Positions 25,541 to 35,055 of a stretch of DNA of 64,000 bases are shown here, one piece after another (position 1 is the stretch's first letter; every line of letters starts with the position of its first letter). The position numbers and the translations under genes are program-made. The notes under the pieces were generated by a model, which did not search any database, was not told where the DNA came from, and saw only the letters and a list, made by a program, of their open reading frames with translations. Source of the stretch: Oscillospiraceae bacterium (lineage in GTDB: Bacteria; Bacillota; Clostridia; Oscillospirales; SIG627). The stretch spans positions 32,858 to 96,857 of the forward strand of contig SVRV01000005.1 of NCBI GenBank assembly GCA_015064635.1, given 5' to 3'.

Positions 25541-27478
25541 TTATTTCAAGAAAAGTATTACAGGGTTAAGAGTGTAAGCCGGCTCATCAAGCTCAAGCAC
25601 ACCGTCATGGGACTTAAATTCAACATTTTCCCTCTCACCGTCAGGAGTAAGCTTTTCGATTTTGCTCACAGGCTTTTCAGAAACGAGAGTAATATTCTCA
25701 ATGGGGTCAAAGCCAATATTGAAGAACGCAACAAATGTTTCGCCGTTTGGAGCGTCAGCCGCTTTGAGATAAACCTCGGCATCGTCGGGATAGTATACGG
25801 GAAGATTACCCGTTTCCTTGAGCAGGCGGATAAACTGTGCCTTTCTTGATTCGTTAAGGAATGAGAATGCCTCAGTGTAAACAAAGTTTGCCTTAGCCGA
25901 GCCCGAGAAGGTAATTACTGTACCGCCAAGTGAGTTCTTGTAGAGTACACTTCCGGGGAAAAGCGGTACTTCTGTCTTTCCATCGGGGATATTATATACC
26001 ATGGATTCAATACGGGCATCGGAAACAGGCACAAGCTCCATTCCCGCAACCTGATTACCAACCTTCTTGTTGGTAGCGCAAATTCGTTCTGTAGAGCGTG
26101 TTGCTCCATTCCATTCACGGATATCGACGCCGAGATACTCACCGAGTCCTCTGTCACAAAGATTCTTTGTAGCAAATCCGTCAAGAACAAGTGTACCCGA
26201 GAGCATTTCCTTTATTTCGTCATCGGTAAAGTTTTCCGTACCGTCTCTTTCAAGGAAGGCTGCGCCTCCCATTTCTGCCGAGTAATACACAGGCAATCCA
26301 AGTCTTTCAAGAACGCACTTTACCCAGTCATTCAAAGCGCTGGATTTGTCATATCCGTTGAAGCAATAATCGGGTACTGTTGAAAGAGGAGCACGGCAAC
26401 CCTTCCATTTAAGGGTAGGAACGATTTCGGCAAGCTTATCGTAAAACTTGGTATACTTGCCAAGGAGTTTTCTGTATGCCTTGCCTGAATTGGGCTCAAA
26501 TTCCGCAAGTCTTGTTATCCAATGCTTTGCACCGCTGATGCCTTCAAGGATAGTACCTGTATAATGGGAATGAAGTGATTGAGCGCCTGTGCTGTAACGG
26601 TTCTGAGGACAGGTATCTGTCTCTGCAAGGAAGTAGTCCACCTTGCCCTGAGCTCTCATTACAGTTACCTCTATTGCCGCACGCTGATATGCAACGGTGA
26701 GATATCTTGCGCCCATGGGTGAATAGTTGCCGTTGTTAACACGGACTATTACGGGGTTTCCCTCTCCTGCAAGAATATTGGCAATCTCTGCCGCGCCCTC
26801 GGCTGAAATGCCGCAGGTACAGTAAATTCCCTGCATCTTCTTGTCAACCATGTCAATGCCCTCACGCATTGCACGGGCAGATTCGATAAGTGAATCAATC
26901 TGAGTCTTAACGTATATATCTGTTATACGCTTGTCCTCGGCACTCTTGCCATTGCGGACAGCTTCAAGAATTCTCTCTCTTGTAAGAGGCGCGCCGTTGA
27001 GCTTCTCAATCGCCTTCATATGGTCGGGACAAACACATCCGATATAAGATCTCTGAATGAGACGGAAGTCGTCGTCTATCATTATAACCTCGGGCTTTGC
27101 TTCGGTAAGAACCTTAAGGCTATGGCGTATGTAATCCTGGAATCCCTTGTCGTAAGGACAGGTTGTGTATTTCTTTTCGTTGTCTGTAAGACCGATGAGC
27201 TGCTGAAAAGGCGGATAGGCTGAAAGCTTGTATCCATGTCCGATGGAGCACTGAACAAGGATTCCGCATTTGAGTCCCATCTCGTGGAGTCGATCTCTGA
27301 AAATTACATATTTTTCCACCTGCTGCTCTGCCTTGGGTATTACGGGGTCTCCCTCGGGAACAAGCTTGAACATAAAGAGTGCAAGGTCAGCCGCACCCAC
27401 TTCGTACTGCTGTTTTATATCAAGACAAACCTCTTCAAGATGTTCAACATCCAAGGGCATTATTGAATAGCGATGCAT
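25541..27478 (-). CDS. Conserved hypothetical cytoplasmic protein, 645 aa (function not recognised)
   Basis: Long ORF with a GGAGG RBS. No signal peptide, no TM segment and no motif I can assign. Confidence 0.6.
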   Translation of the reverse strand: MHRYSIMPLDVEHLEEVCLDIKQQYEVGAADLALFMFKLVPEGDPVIPKAEQQVEKYVIFRDRLHEMGLKCGILVQCSIGHGYKLSAYPPFQQLIGLTDNEKKYTTCPYDKGFQDYIRHSLKVLTEAKPEVIMIDDDFRLIQRSYIGCVCPDHMKAIEKLNGAPLTRERILEAVRNGKSAEDKRITDIYVKTQIDSLIESARAMREGIDMVDKKMQGIYCTCGISAEGAAEIANILAGEGNPVIVRVNNGNYSPMGARYLTVAYQRAAIEVTVMRAQGKVDYFLAETDTCPQNRYSTGAQSLHSHYTGTILEGISGAKHWITRLAEFEPNSGKAYRKLLGKYTKFYDKLAEIVPTLKWKGCRAPLSTVPDYCFNGYDKSSALNDWVKCVLERLGLPVYYSAEMGGAAFLERDGTENFTDDEIKEMLSGTLVLDGFATKNLCDRGLGEYLGVDIREWNGATRSTERICATNKKVGNQVAGMELVPVSDARIESMVYNIPDGKTEVPLFPGSVLYKNSLGGTVITFSGSAKANFVYTEAFSFLNESRKAQFIRLLKETGNLPVYYPDDAEVYLKAADAPNGETFVAFFNIGFDPIENITLVSEKPVSKIEKLTPDGERENVEFKSHDGVLELDEPAYTLNPVILFLK

Positions 27479-27592
27479 AATTTTTCCTCCAAAATTTTAT
27501 TACAGTTCAATTCTACATTTTATCCGTTAAAAAGTCAAGCGGTTATTGACATTTTACATAAATTTGATATACTGTTTTAGAGGTGAAAATAC

Positions 27593-28714
27593 ATGAAAAT
27601 TGTAATAGCAATAGATTCGTTCAAGGGAAGTCTGTCCTCTGTTCAAGCGGGTAGAGCTGCAAGTGAAGGTATAAAGAAAATATACCCCGATGCAAAATAT
27701 GTAATCTGCCCCATTGCCGACGGTGGTGAGGGAACTGTAGATGCTCTAACAGACGGCATGGGTGGCAAAATAGAAAAGGTCGAGGTTACAGGTCCGCTCA
27801 TGGAAAAGGTAATGGCTTGTTACGGAGTAATAGGCAATACAGCCGTTATGGAAATGGCGGCAGCGGCGGGTATCACTCTTGTACCTGATGAAAAAAAGAA
27901 TCCCCTTTACACAATCACCTACGGCGTTGGCGAGATGATAAAGGATGCGATAAAGCGCGGCTGCCGCAATTTTATTATGGGTATAGGCGGCAGTGCCACA
28001 AACGATGGCGGTGTGGGAATGCTCACAGCTCTCGGAGTTAAATTTCTTGATGGGGATAACAAGGAAATCCCCCTGGGTGCAATAGGACTAAAGAAACTTT
28101 CAAAAATTGACAAATCAGGTCTTCTCCCCGAGCTTTCCGAATGTACCTTCAACATTGCCTGCGACGTTACAAATCCCCTTTGCGGTGACCTTGGCTGCTC
28201 TGCTATTTACGGCCCTCAGAAGGGGGCGACCTCAGAGATGATACGGGACATAGACTTGTGGCTTGAAAACTACGCCGCACTTTCGGGCGGTGACAAAAAC
28301 GCTCCGGGAGCCGGTGCTGCCGGTGGTATGGGATACGCATTTATGACATACCTTGGTGGAAAGCTTCAAAACGGAATTGAACTGATACTCCGTGAAACGG
28401 GTATTGAAAATCACATAAAGGATGCGGATTTTGTTATAACCGGTGAAGGCAGACTCGACTCACAGACGGTTATGGGAAAAGCACCCATAGGTGTGGCTAA
28501 AATTGCAAAGAAATACGGAATTCCCGTCATTGCCTTCTCGGGGTGCGTGACAAAGGATGCGATATCTTGTAACGAGCATGGAATTGATGCCTTTTTCCCG
28601 ATTTTAAGAAGTGTGGTGTCCCTTGAGGAAGCACTTGACGAGGACAGTGCGTATACCAATTTAAGTGATACTGCGGAGCAGGTTTTCAGGATTATTTCTA
28701 TATACAAAAAGTGA
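27593..28714 (+). CDS. glxK: Glycerate kinase
   Basis: IAIDSFKGSLSS, DGGEGT, TGEGRLDSQT and GKAPIGVA are family signatures. Confidence 0.9.
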   Translation: MKIVIAIDSFKGSLSSVQAGRAASEGIKKIYPDAKYVICPIADGGEGTVDALTDGMGGKIEKVEVTGPLMEKVMACYGVIGNTAVMEMAAAAGITLVPDEKKNPLYTITYGVGEMIKDAIKRGCRNFIMGIGGSATNDGGVGMLTALGVKFLDGDNKEIPLGAIGLKKLSKIDKSGLLPELSECTFNIACDVTNPLCGDLGCSAIYGPQKGATSEMIRDIDLWLENYAALSGGDKNAPGAGAAGGMGYAFMTYLGGKLQNGIELILRETGIENHIKDADFVITGEGRLDSQTVMGKAPIGVAKIAKKYGIPVIAFSGCVTKDAISCNEHGIDAFFPILRSVVSLEEALDEDSAYTNLSDTAEQVFRIISIYKK

Positions 28715-28735
28715 AGGCGTAAACCTTCACTTTTT
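28706..28735. terminator. Bidirectional hairpin shared by the convergent glxK and yjbR-like genes
   Basis: AAAAGTGAAGG-CGTAAA-CCTTCACTTTT spans both stop codons. Confidence 0.6.
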
Positions 28736-29389
28736 CTTTACACACAAATAGCTTTCGTCAATAAGTGAGCATATAAATTCTGTTTTTAATGTGCCGTCAA
28801 GAATGACGGTATACCAATGCTTTTTATTCATATGATAGGCTGGGAATATTCCTTGAAGCTTCAAGAGTTCCTCAACTCTTTCAGGAGAGGCTTTGAGATT
28901 TATAATTTCTGCCTTTTTGTCTCCTTGGAGTCCAAGCTTTGACCTTGACACCGTGAGAAGTGCGGCATACCATTTTTTATTATCCTGCCTCCGCCATATG
29001 GCGTTATCCGGAGTATCCTCCCAAAGATACTCAAGCGCATCCCCGTATTTTTCACTCACATATTTTATCAGTTCCTTTGCTTGCTCCTCGGCAAAAGTAT
29101 CTCTGTCAAAGCAATTTTCAAATATATCCTCAAGGAGCTTTTCGTGCCTTTCTCTCACAAGTCCCACAAAGCTTCCGAGAGCAGATGGTACTATATGAAG
29201 AACATACTCCTCACCGCTGAAATCGTCCGTCAGCTTTGTCATAAGTCTACTATGTGAAATTTCAACTCTTGCTGTCATTTGTATTTCGGGAATCCTTCTT
29301 ACATAAACAAAAACTTTTTCATTTTTTACAAATCCGAATTCAAGGAGCTTTTCTTCATTTATTTGTTTTTCTAAATTCATTTCAAACAT
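28727..29389 (-). CDS. MmcQ/YjbR-family protein with an N-terminal extension
   Basis: The C-terminal half (YLWEDTPDNAIWRRQDNKKWYAALLTV...KKHWYTVILDG) matches the YjbR fold family. Confidence 0.7.
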   Translation of the reverse strand: MFEMNLEKQINEEKLLEFGFVKNEKVFVYVRRIPEIQMTARVEISHSRLMTKLTDDFSGEEYVLHIVPSALGSFVGLVRERHEKLLEDIFENCFDRDTFAEEQAKELIKYVSEKYGDALEYLWEDTPDNAIWRRQDNKKWYAALLTVSRSKLGLQGDKKAEIINLKASPERVEELLKLQGIFPAYHMNKKHWYTVILDGTLKTEFICSLIDESYLCVKKK

Positions 29390-29404
29390 TTTTTGTTTTC
29401 CTTT

Positions 29405-30262
29405 TCAGTGGGATAGTATATCGGGGCACCGTTTGAGCTCACCGGGTGTAATTCCTTTATATTTTTTGAAAGCTTTATTAAAATTGACCGTGTTATTGAA
29501 TCCGCAAAGAAGTGCGATATCCAGCATAGTTGTTCCCCTGCCCGATGTGCGAATAAGGTGCACTGCCTTTTCAACACGCTTCACGGTAATGTAATCCCAA
29601 AGAGATATACCGTTCATCTCCTTGAAAATGTGAGAAAAGTAATTGGGGCTGAGTCCCGCAATATCCGAAAGTCCTTTCAATGTCAGCTCCTCATCAAGGT
29701 GCTTATCTATAAAATTACAGACGTTCAAAATATCCTGAGAGGAGTTCTTTTTGTCGGCTACCGAAAGATATGAATGATTTCTTAAAAGGTCAATGAGCAT
29801 CAAATCAAGATGTGCTTTCACCGCTACGGAATAGTTACTTTCTCCGCCGAGGAGTTCTTCTTTTATTGTGTTATGATGAAAGCGAAGTGTTTCGGCTCTG
29901 TCCGAGAGAATACGGTTTGAAAACTCGGGTGAATGGTAAAAGCAAAAATTCACATAACTGTTTGAAAAATCGTCCGAAAGATAGCGAGGCTCAAAGTGAA
30001 GATTCGTAATGGACAGCTCTCCGTCTGTTTCGGTAATACAATGTATTTCGTTTGATGAAAATACAAAGACATCCCCTTCCTCCATTGGATAGACGGCACT
30101 TTCTGTGGTGTATACCCCACTTCCTCCGTTGACCACAGTTATTTCAAAGCGGGTGTGAGAGTGCTTCACATACGGGCGTTGCTTTAAGTCAACGTCTATC
30201 GTCCACATTTTTAAAAGCGGTACTCCGTTTTCGAGCAAGAGCTCACCTATGGCGCGTGACAT
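29405..30262 (-). CDS. AraC-family transcriptional regulator (cupin sensor plus HTH)
   Basis: N-terminal cupin (HSHTRFEITVV) and C-terminal AraC HTH (NYFSHIFKE...GFNNTVNFNKAFKK). Divergent from the operon starting at 30378. Confidence 0.85.
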   Translation of the reverse strand: MSRAIGELLLENGVPLLKMWTIDVDLKQRPYVKHSHTRFEITVVNGGSGVYTTESAVYPMEEGDVFVFSSNEIHCITETDGELSITNLHFEPRYLSDDFSNSYVNFCFYHSPEFSNRILSDRAETLRFHHNTIKEELLGGESNYSVAVKAHLDLMLIDLLRNHSYLSVADKKNSSQDILNVCNFIDKHLDEELTLKGLSDIAGLSPNYFSHIFKEMNGISLWDYITVKRVEKAVHLIRTSGRGTTMLDIALLCGFNNTVNFNKAFKKYKGITPGELKRCPDILSH

Positions 30263-30377
30263 AATTCCTCCAAATCGTAATATAGTTTATAAAAATCTTA
30301 ATATTGTTGTAGAAATATCGAAATAAATGTTATATTATTATAGTACAATAAAAGAAATGTAAAGTCAAGGAGAAATT

Positions 30378-31715
30378 ATGAATTACAATTCAAATCCAAC
30401 AGATTTAAAAATTACGGATATGCGCTTCGTGGACATTGACGGCGCACCCAAAAGATGTACCATTCTTCGAATAGACACAAATCAGGGAATCAGCGGTTAC
30501 GGAGAAGTCCGTGATGCGTCCTCTAAAACATATGCCCTTATGCTTAAAAGCAGAATACTTGGCGAAAACCCTTGTAATGTTGACAAGATTTTCCGAAAGA
30601 TTAAGCAGTTCGGCGGTCACTCCCGTCAGGGCGGCGGTGTTTCGGGAATCGAAATTGCCCTCTGGGACCTTGCGGGTAAGGCTTACGGTGTGCCCTTGTA
30701 TCAGCTTCTCGGCGGTAAATTCCGTGATGAGATAAGAGTATACTGCGACACCGACGTTGAAGGTAAGCACGGCGGTCACGAAATGGGACTTGCTCTCAAG
30801 CGCCGTATGGATATGGGCTTTACCTTCCTCAAGATGGACCTTGGCATCGGACTCCTACTTGATGAGCCCGGCACCCTCAATGCGCCTCTCGGCTTCATTG
30901 ACGACATGAAGAAATACGCTTCCCACATTCTCAACGTGCAGGGCGGAAGCGTTACAGCCGACATGGTAAGGCATCAGAAGAGCTATTCCATTGTCACAAC
31001 TGCACATCCCCACACAGGTATTCATCTCACCGAAAAGGGACTTGATTACCTTGAAAACTATGTAAAGGAAGCACGTGAGGTCATCGGCTACGATGTACCC
31101 TTGGCGGTTGACCATTTCGGTCACATCTGCGTTGAGGACTGCATACGCTTCGCAAGAAGAATGGAGCCATACAACCTTGCGTGGATTGAGGACATGGTGC
31201 CCTGGATGTACACAGACCAATATGTAAGACTGAGAAACTCTACCACAATTCCCGTATGTACGGGAGAGGACATCTACTTGAAGGAAGGCTTTGAGACGCT
31301 CATCAAGGCGGGCGGTGTATCGGTTATTCACCCCGACATACTCACCTGCGGAGGTGCTCTGGAGCTTAAAAAGATAGCCGACATTGCGGATGAGCACGGT
31401 GTTGCGGTGGCTGTACATATGGCTGAAAGCCCCGTGGCATGTCTTGCGGCTGTTCACACAGCGGCGGCGATGCACAATGTTCTGGCACTTGAATATCATT
31501 CGGTAGACGTACCCTGGTGGGCAGATATGGTAACAGGGATCAAGAATCCCATATTTGAAAACGGCTTTATCAAGGTTCCCGAAAAGCCCGGTCTCGGCTT
31601 TGACGATCTCAACGAAGAGGTTTTACGCGAGCACATCAACCCCAATATCCCCGGCTACTTCGAGCCGACAGACGAATGGAACAAGGAATTCTCCAACGAC
31701 AGAATCTGGAGCTGA
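30378..31715 (+). CDS. Enolase-superfamily (mandelate racemase/muconate lactonising family) acid-sugar dehydratase-like protein
   Basis: GYGEVRD, ALWDLAGKAYGVPLYQLLGG, AVDHFGH, WIED and TGED metal-ligand pattern. 445 aa. Confidence 0.8.
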   Translation: MNYNSNPTDLKITDMRFVDIDGAPKRCTILRIDTNQGISGYGEVRDASSKTYALMLKSRILGENPCNVDKIFRKIKQFGGHSRQGGGVSGIEIALWDLAGKAYGVPLYQLLGGKFRDEIRVYCDTDVEGKHGGHEMGLALKRRMDMGFTFLKMDLGIGLLLDEPGTLNAPLGFIDDMKKYASHILNVQGGSVTADMVRHQKSYSIVTTAHPHTGIHLTEKGLDYLENYVKEAREVIGYDVPLAVDHFGHICVEDCIRFARRMEPYNLAWIEDMVPWMYTDQYVRLRNSTTIPVCTGEDIYLKEGFETLIKAGGVSVIHPDILTCGGALELKKIADIADEHGVAVAVHMAESPVACLAAVHTAAAMHNVLALEYHSVDVPWWADMVTGIKNPIFENGFIKVPEKPGLGFDDLNEEVLREHINPNIPGYFEPTDEWNKEFSNDRIWS

Positions 31716-31720
31716 TTATT

Positions 31721-33058
31721 ATGAGTGAAAGAAGAAGGGTTTTAGACTTATTCGAGCAGCAAAAAGAAGAAACCAAAAAAAGAGTCAATGACGGAATAGA
31801 AAAATACCGAAAGGCAAATGCAACCATAACCGTCACGAATAAGTATGGCACACCCGTAAAAAATGCTGAAATAATCGTAAACCAAATAAAGCACGAATTC
31901 AAATACGGTGCTAATTTGTTTATGCTTGACGAACTTGAAACAGAAGAAAAGAACGAGCTGTACAAAAAACATATGAGCGCCTTCGGTAACATAGCCACGC
32001 TTCCCTTTTATTGGGATTCCACCGAGCCTGAAAAAGGAAAGACAAGATATGCCAAGGATAGCGTTAAGCTCTATCGCAGACCGCCCATAGATTTATGCAT
32101 GGAATTTTGCGAAAAGCACGGAATCGAACCAAGGGAGCACGCTCTGGCATACGATCACTTTTTCCCTAAATGGCTTTATGATGCATCAATTGATGAAATC
32201 AAAGAGGCGTTGGAGAAGCGATACCGTGAGATTTCAGAAAGATATGCGAAAAAAATTCCCACCATTGAAGTAACCAACGAAATGGAATGGGATAGGGGTG
32301 CCACAGCGCTTTACGATGATCCCGATTACGTACTTTGGTGCTTTAAATTAGCCGAAAAGTATTTCCCTGACAATCAGCTTGTCATCAACGAGCATACACG
32401 AAGTGCCTGGGCTGACAAGTGCCGTACAACAGACAAGTATTACGCCTACACCGAAGCAAATCTGCTCAAGGGTGCAAAAATTGACGCCATCGGTATGCAA
32501 TACCATATGTTCTGTCGCAGAGAGGATGAATACGATTACACAAGGCTGTATTACAACCCCGAAAATCTGTACAGACATATGGACCTTTATGCAAATTTAG
32601 GCAAGCCCTTGCAGATTACCGAAATCACAGTCCCCGCGTATTCGTGGGATGCTGAGGACGAGGCAATCCAGGCTGAAATTATTGAACACTTATACAAAAT
32701 ATGGTTCAGCCATCCGAGTGTTGAGCAGATCGTTTACTGGAATATGGTAGACGGCTATGCATACGTTGCCGATCCCGATCCCGAGAAAATAAAGAGAAGT
32801 CAGGGAGATATGACACTTGGCGAAAACTACTATTACGGCGGACTTTTAAGGTTTGATATGTCACCAAAGCCTGCATATCATACTATAAAAAATCTTTTTG
32901 ACAAGGTTTGGCGCACCAACGAAAGTCTTATATCGGACGATAGCGGCAAAGCCAAATTCAGAGGCTTCTGCGGTGAGTACGAGGTTACCGTCAACGGCAA
33001 AAAGCACGTTGTCAATTTAAGTAAAAACACGGACAATAATTTTATAATGGAGATTTAA
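31721..33058 (+). CDS. GH10-like (clan GH-A) glycoside hydrolase, paralog 1, cytoplasmic
   Basis: EVTNEME (acid/base) and QITEITVP (nucleophile) contexts, FKYGANLF, and an N-terminal ~55-aa beta-sandwich-like segment. The family call is by motif only. Confidence 0.55.
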   Translation: MSERRRVLDLFEQQKEETKKRVNDGIEKYRKANATITVTNKYGTPVKNAEIIVNQIKHEFKYGANLFMLDELETEEKNELYKKHMSAFGNIATLPFYWDSTEPEKGKTRYAKDSVKLYRRPPIDLCMEFCEKHGIEPREHALAYDHFFPKWLYDASIDEIKEALEKRYREISERYAKKIPTIEVTNEMEWDRGATALYDDPDYVLWCFKLAEKYFPDNQLVINEHTRSAWADKCRTTDKYYAYTEANLLKGAKIDAIGMQYHMFCRREDEYDYTRLYYNPENLYRHMDLYANLGKPLQITEITVPAYSWDAEDEAIQAEIIEHLYKIWFSHPSVEQIVYWNMVDGYAYVADPDPEKIKRSQGDMTLGENYYYGGLLRFDMSPKPAYHTIKNLFDKVWRTNESLISDDSGKAKFRGFCGEYEVTVNGKKHVVNLSKNTDNNFIMEI

Positions 33059-33060
33059 TT

Positions 33061-33975
33061 ATGCATTTTAACGACAGAGATAATATAATAGCACTCACCC
33101 CTTTATGGAAAGGCGAGCGACTCCCCGACGGCAGACCCAAGGTTGCGGACAAATACCTTGACGCCCTTTACAAGATGACACTTGAGGAGGTATGGAAGCC
33201 CATATTTGTGCTTGGCTACGAGCATCAGTTTGTGGGCGGCGGCGAGCATCCCTTACATACTCTCCACAACGATGACAGAAAGCTTGTAGGACGTGCCGTT
33301 ACTTGCGCCTACTGCCCTACCCGTCCCGACCTTCATGAGGTACAGTTCAACAGAGGTGCAGAGGACGGAAGAAAGGGCAACTACAATCAATGGGTTATTG
33401 ATAATCTTATGGAGCGTGATGTTGTTGTCTGCGATATGTACGATAAAATTTACAAGGGCACGTTCCTGGGCGGTAATCTTACCACAGCACTTCAAAAGCA
33501 CACAAAGACAGGCGGTGCGGTAATTTGGGGCGGTATCCGTGACGTTGAGCAGATGAAGAAAGTGCCCGATGTTCAGGTATATTACAGAGGCATTGACCCC
33601 ACGCCCATTCGTGAGTTTGTAATGAAGAGCTACAATGACATCACCAATTTCGGCGGTGCGGTATGTCTCCCCGGTGACGTAGTATTCGGTGCGGGCGGCG
33701 GTGTACTCTTTATCCCCTCTCACCTTGTTGCAGACGTTGTTGAGGGTGCGGCAAAGACTCACGTTAAGGATGATTTCGGCTTTGAAATGATTTGTCAGGG
33801 CAAGTTCACCACAGCGCAGATTGACAAGAACACCTGGTCGGAGGAGATGCTTGATATGCTCCTTGACTGGATAAAGAATGACCCCAGAGGCGAGGAGTAC
33901 CGTGACCTTGACTGGTCAAAGGAATACGACCTTGCACGCAACGGCGACCCCAACGATACACAAACGGCACTTTGA
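33061..33975 (+). CDS. RraA/HMG-aldolase-family protein (extended, 304 aa)
   Basis: The GGNLTTALQKHTKTGGAVIWGGIRDVEQ core is typical of the RraA / 4-hydroxy-4-methyl-2-oxoglutarate aldolase fold. Confidence 0.65.
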   Translation: MHFNDRDNIIALTPLWKGERLPDGRPKVADKYLDALYKMTLEEVWKPIFVLGYEHQFVGGGEHPLHTLHNDDRKLVGRAVTCAYCPTRPDLHEVQFNRGAEDGRKGNYNQWVIDNLMERDVVVCDMYDKIYKGTFLGGNLTTALQKHTKTGGAVIWGGIRDVEQMKKVPDVQVYYRGIDPTPIREFVMKSYNDITNFGGAVCLPGDVVFGAGGGVLFIPSHLVADVVEGAAKTHVKDDFGFEMICQGKFTTAQIDKNTWSEEMLDMLLDWIKNDPRGEEYRDLDWSKEYDLARNGDPNDTQTAL

Positions 33976-33990
33976 TTGATTAATTTATAA

Positions 33991-34057
33991 CAGGGCTCTG
34001 CTCTGAAACCCGCTAAGAAACTTTTTGTAAAAAGTTTCTTAGAACTTCAAAAACTTT
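33991..34057 (+). repeat. Copy 2 of the ~68-nt two-hairpin intergenic repeat
   Basis: CAGGGCTCTGCTCTGAAACCCGCTAAGAAACTTTTTGTAAAAAGTTTCTTAGAACTTCAAAAACTTT. It contains a perfect 30-nt palindrome (34013-34042). Confidence 0.7.
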
Positions 34058-34074
34058 AATAAAAAGGGACATTT

Positions 34075-35055
34075 ATGAAAGAATTTCTTGAAAAATTGCT
34101 TGTTGACGGCAAGGTGAAAAATATTGCTGTGAAAGTCGGCATAGGAGACATTGTTATTGACGAGTGTTATCTGTCTTCGGAAGAAAGTATTAATGAATAT
34201 ACTCTTTTTGATATGGCTTCCGTTACAAAAATACTTGCTACCACATCTCTCATATTCATCGCACTTGACCGCGGACTTATATCACTTGACGACAAAGCTT
34301 CAAGCTTTTTCAATTGTGAGGACAGAGGCATCACGATACGGCATCTGCTTACGCACACTACTGGTGTAGGACACAGAAATCTATGTTTACCGAATTACAA
34401 CTATGACAACATCGCCGAAAGAATCCTCTCTATGCCTTTTGAAATACCTGTTGGTACAGATGTTATTTACAGCTGTCCTGCTTTTATAGTACTTGGAAAA
34501 ATATCAGAAAAGCTGCTGGGTGACAGACTTGACAGGCTTTTCAACAACCTTGTGGCAAAGCCACTTGAAATGAATCGCACATCTTTTTTGCCATTGAGAC
34601 GCGACAACATCGTAAACAGCAACCCCGAGGAAAGCGGACGAGGAAAGGTCAACGACTACAACTGCTCATTTCTCGGCGGTGTTGCGGGTAATGCCGGAGT
34701 ATTCTCATGTATGGCAGATATGACCGGATTTGCACATATGCTTCTGAATAAAGGCGGTAACATATATTCGGATAAGGTTTTTAACCTCGCAAAAAAGAAT
34801 TACACAGCCAATATGTCAGAATCCCGCGGACTTGGTTTTTTATATGTTGACAAAAGATATAAGCAGACCGGAGATTTGTTCCCCGAGGGAGCAATAGGTC
34901 ATTGTGGACACACAGGTCAGTCGGTTTTTGTTGACACAGACAGCGGCTTGTATGTTATAATATTAAGTGATGCTACACGTTACACAAGTGATTACGATAC
35001 AGTAATGAAAATGAGAGAAGAAATACATAACGAAATAAGAAAAGCAATAAAATGA
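34075..35055 (+). CDS. Serine hydrolase, beta-lactamase/esterase family (class C-like)
   Basis: SVTK (SxxK) nucleophile motif, an HTG box (GHCGHTGQS). 326 aa, no signal peptide. Confidence 0.8.
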   Translation: MKEFLEKLLVDGKVKNIAVKVGIGDIVIDECYLSSEESINEYTLFDMASVTKILATTSLIFIALDRGLISLDDKASSFFNCEDRGITIRHLLTHTTGVGHRNLCLPNYNYDNIAERILSMPFEIPVGTDVIYSCPAFIVLGKISEKLLGDRLDRLFNNLVAKPLEMNRTSFLPLRRDNIVNSNPEESGRGKVNDYNCSFLGGVAGNAGVFSCMADMTGFAHMLLNKGGNIYSDKVFNLAKKNYTANMSESRGLGFLYVDKRYKQTGDLFPEGAIGHCGHTGQSVFVDTDSGLYVIILSDATRYTSDYDTVMKMREEIHNEIRKAIK

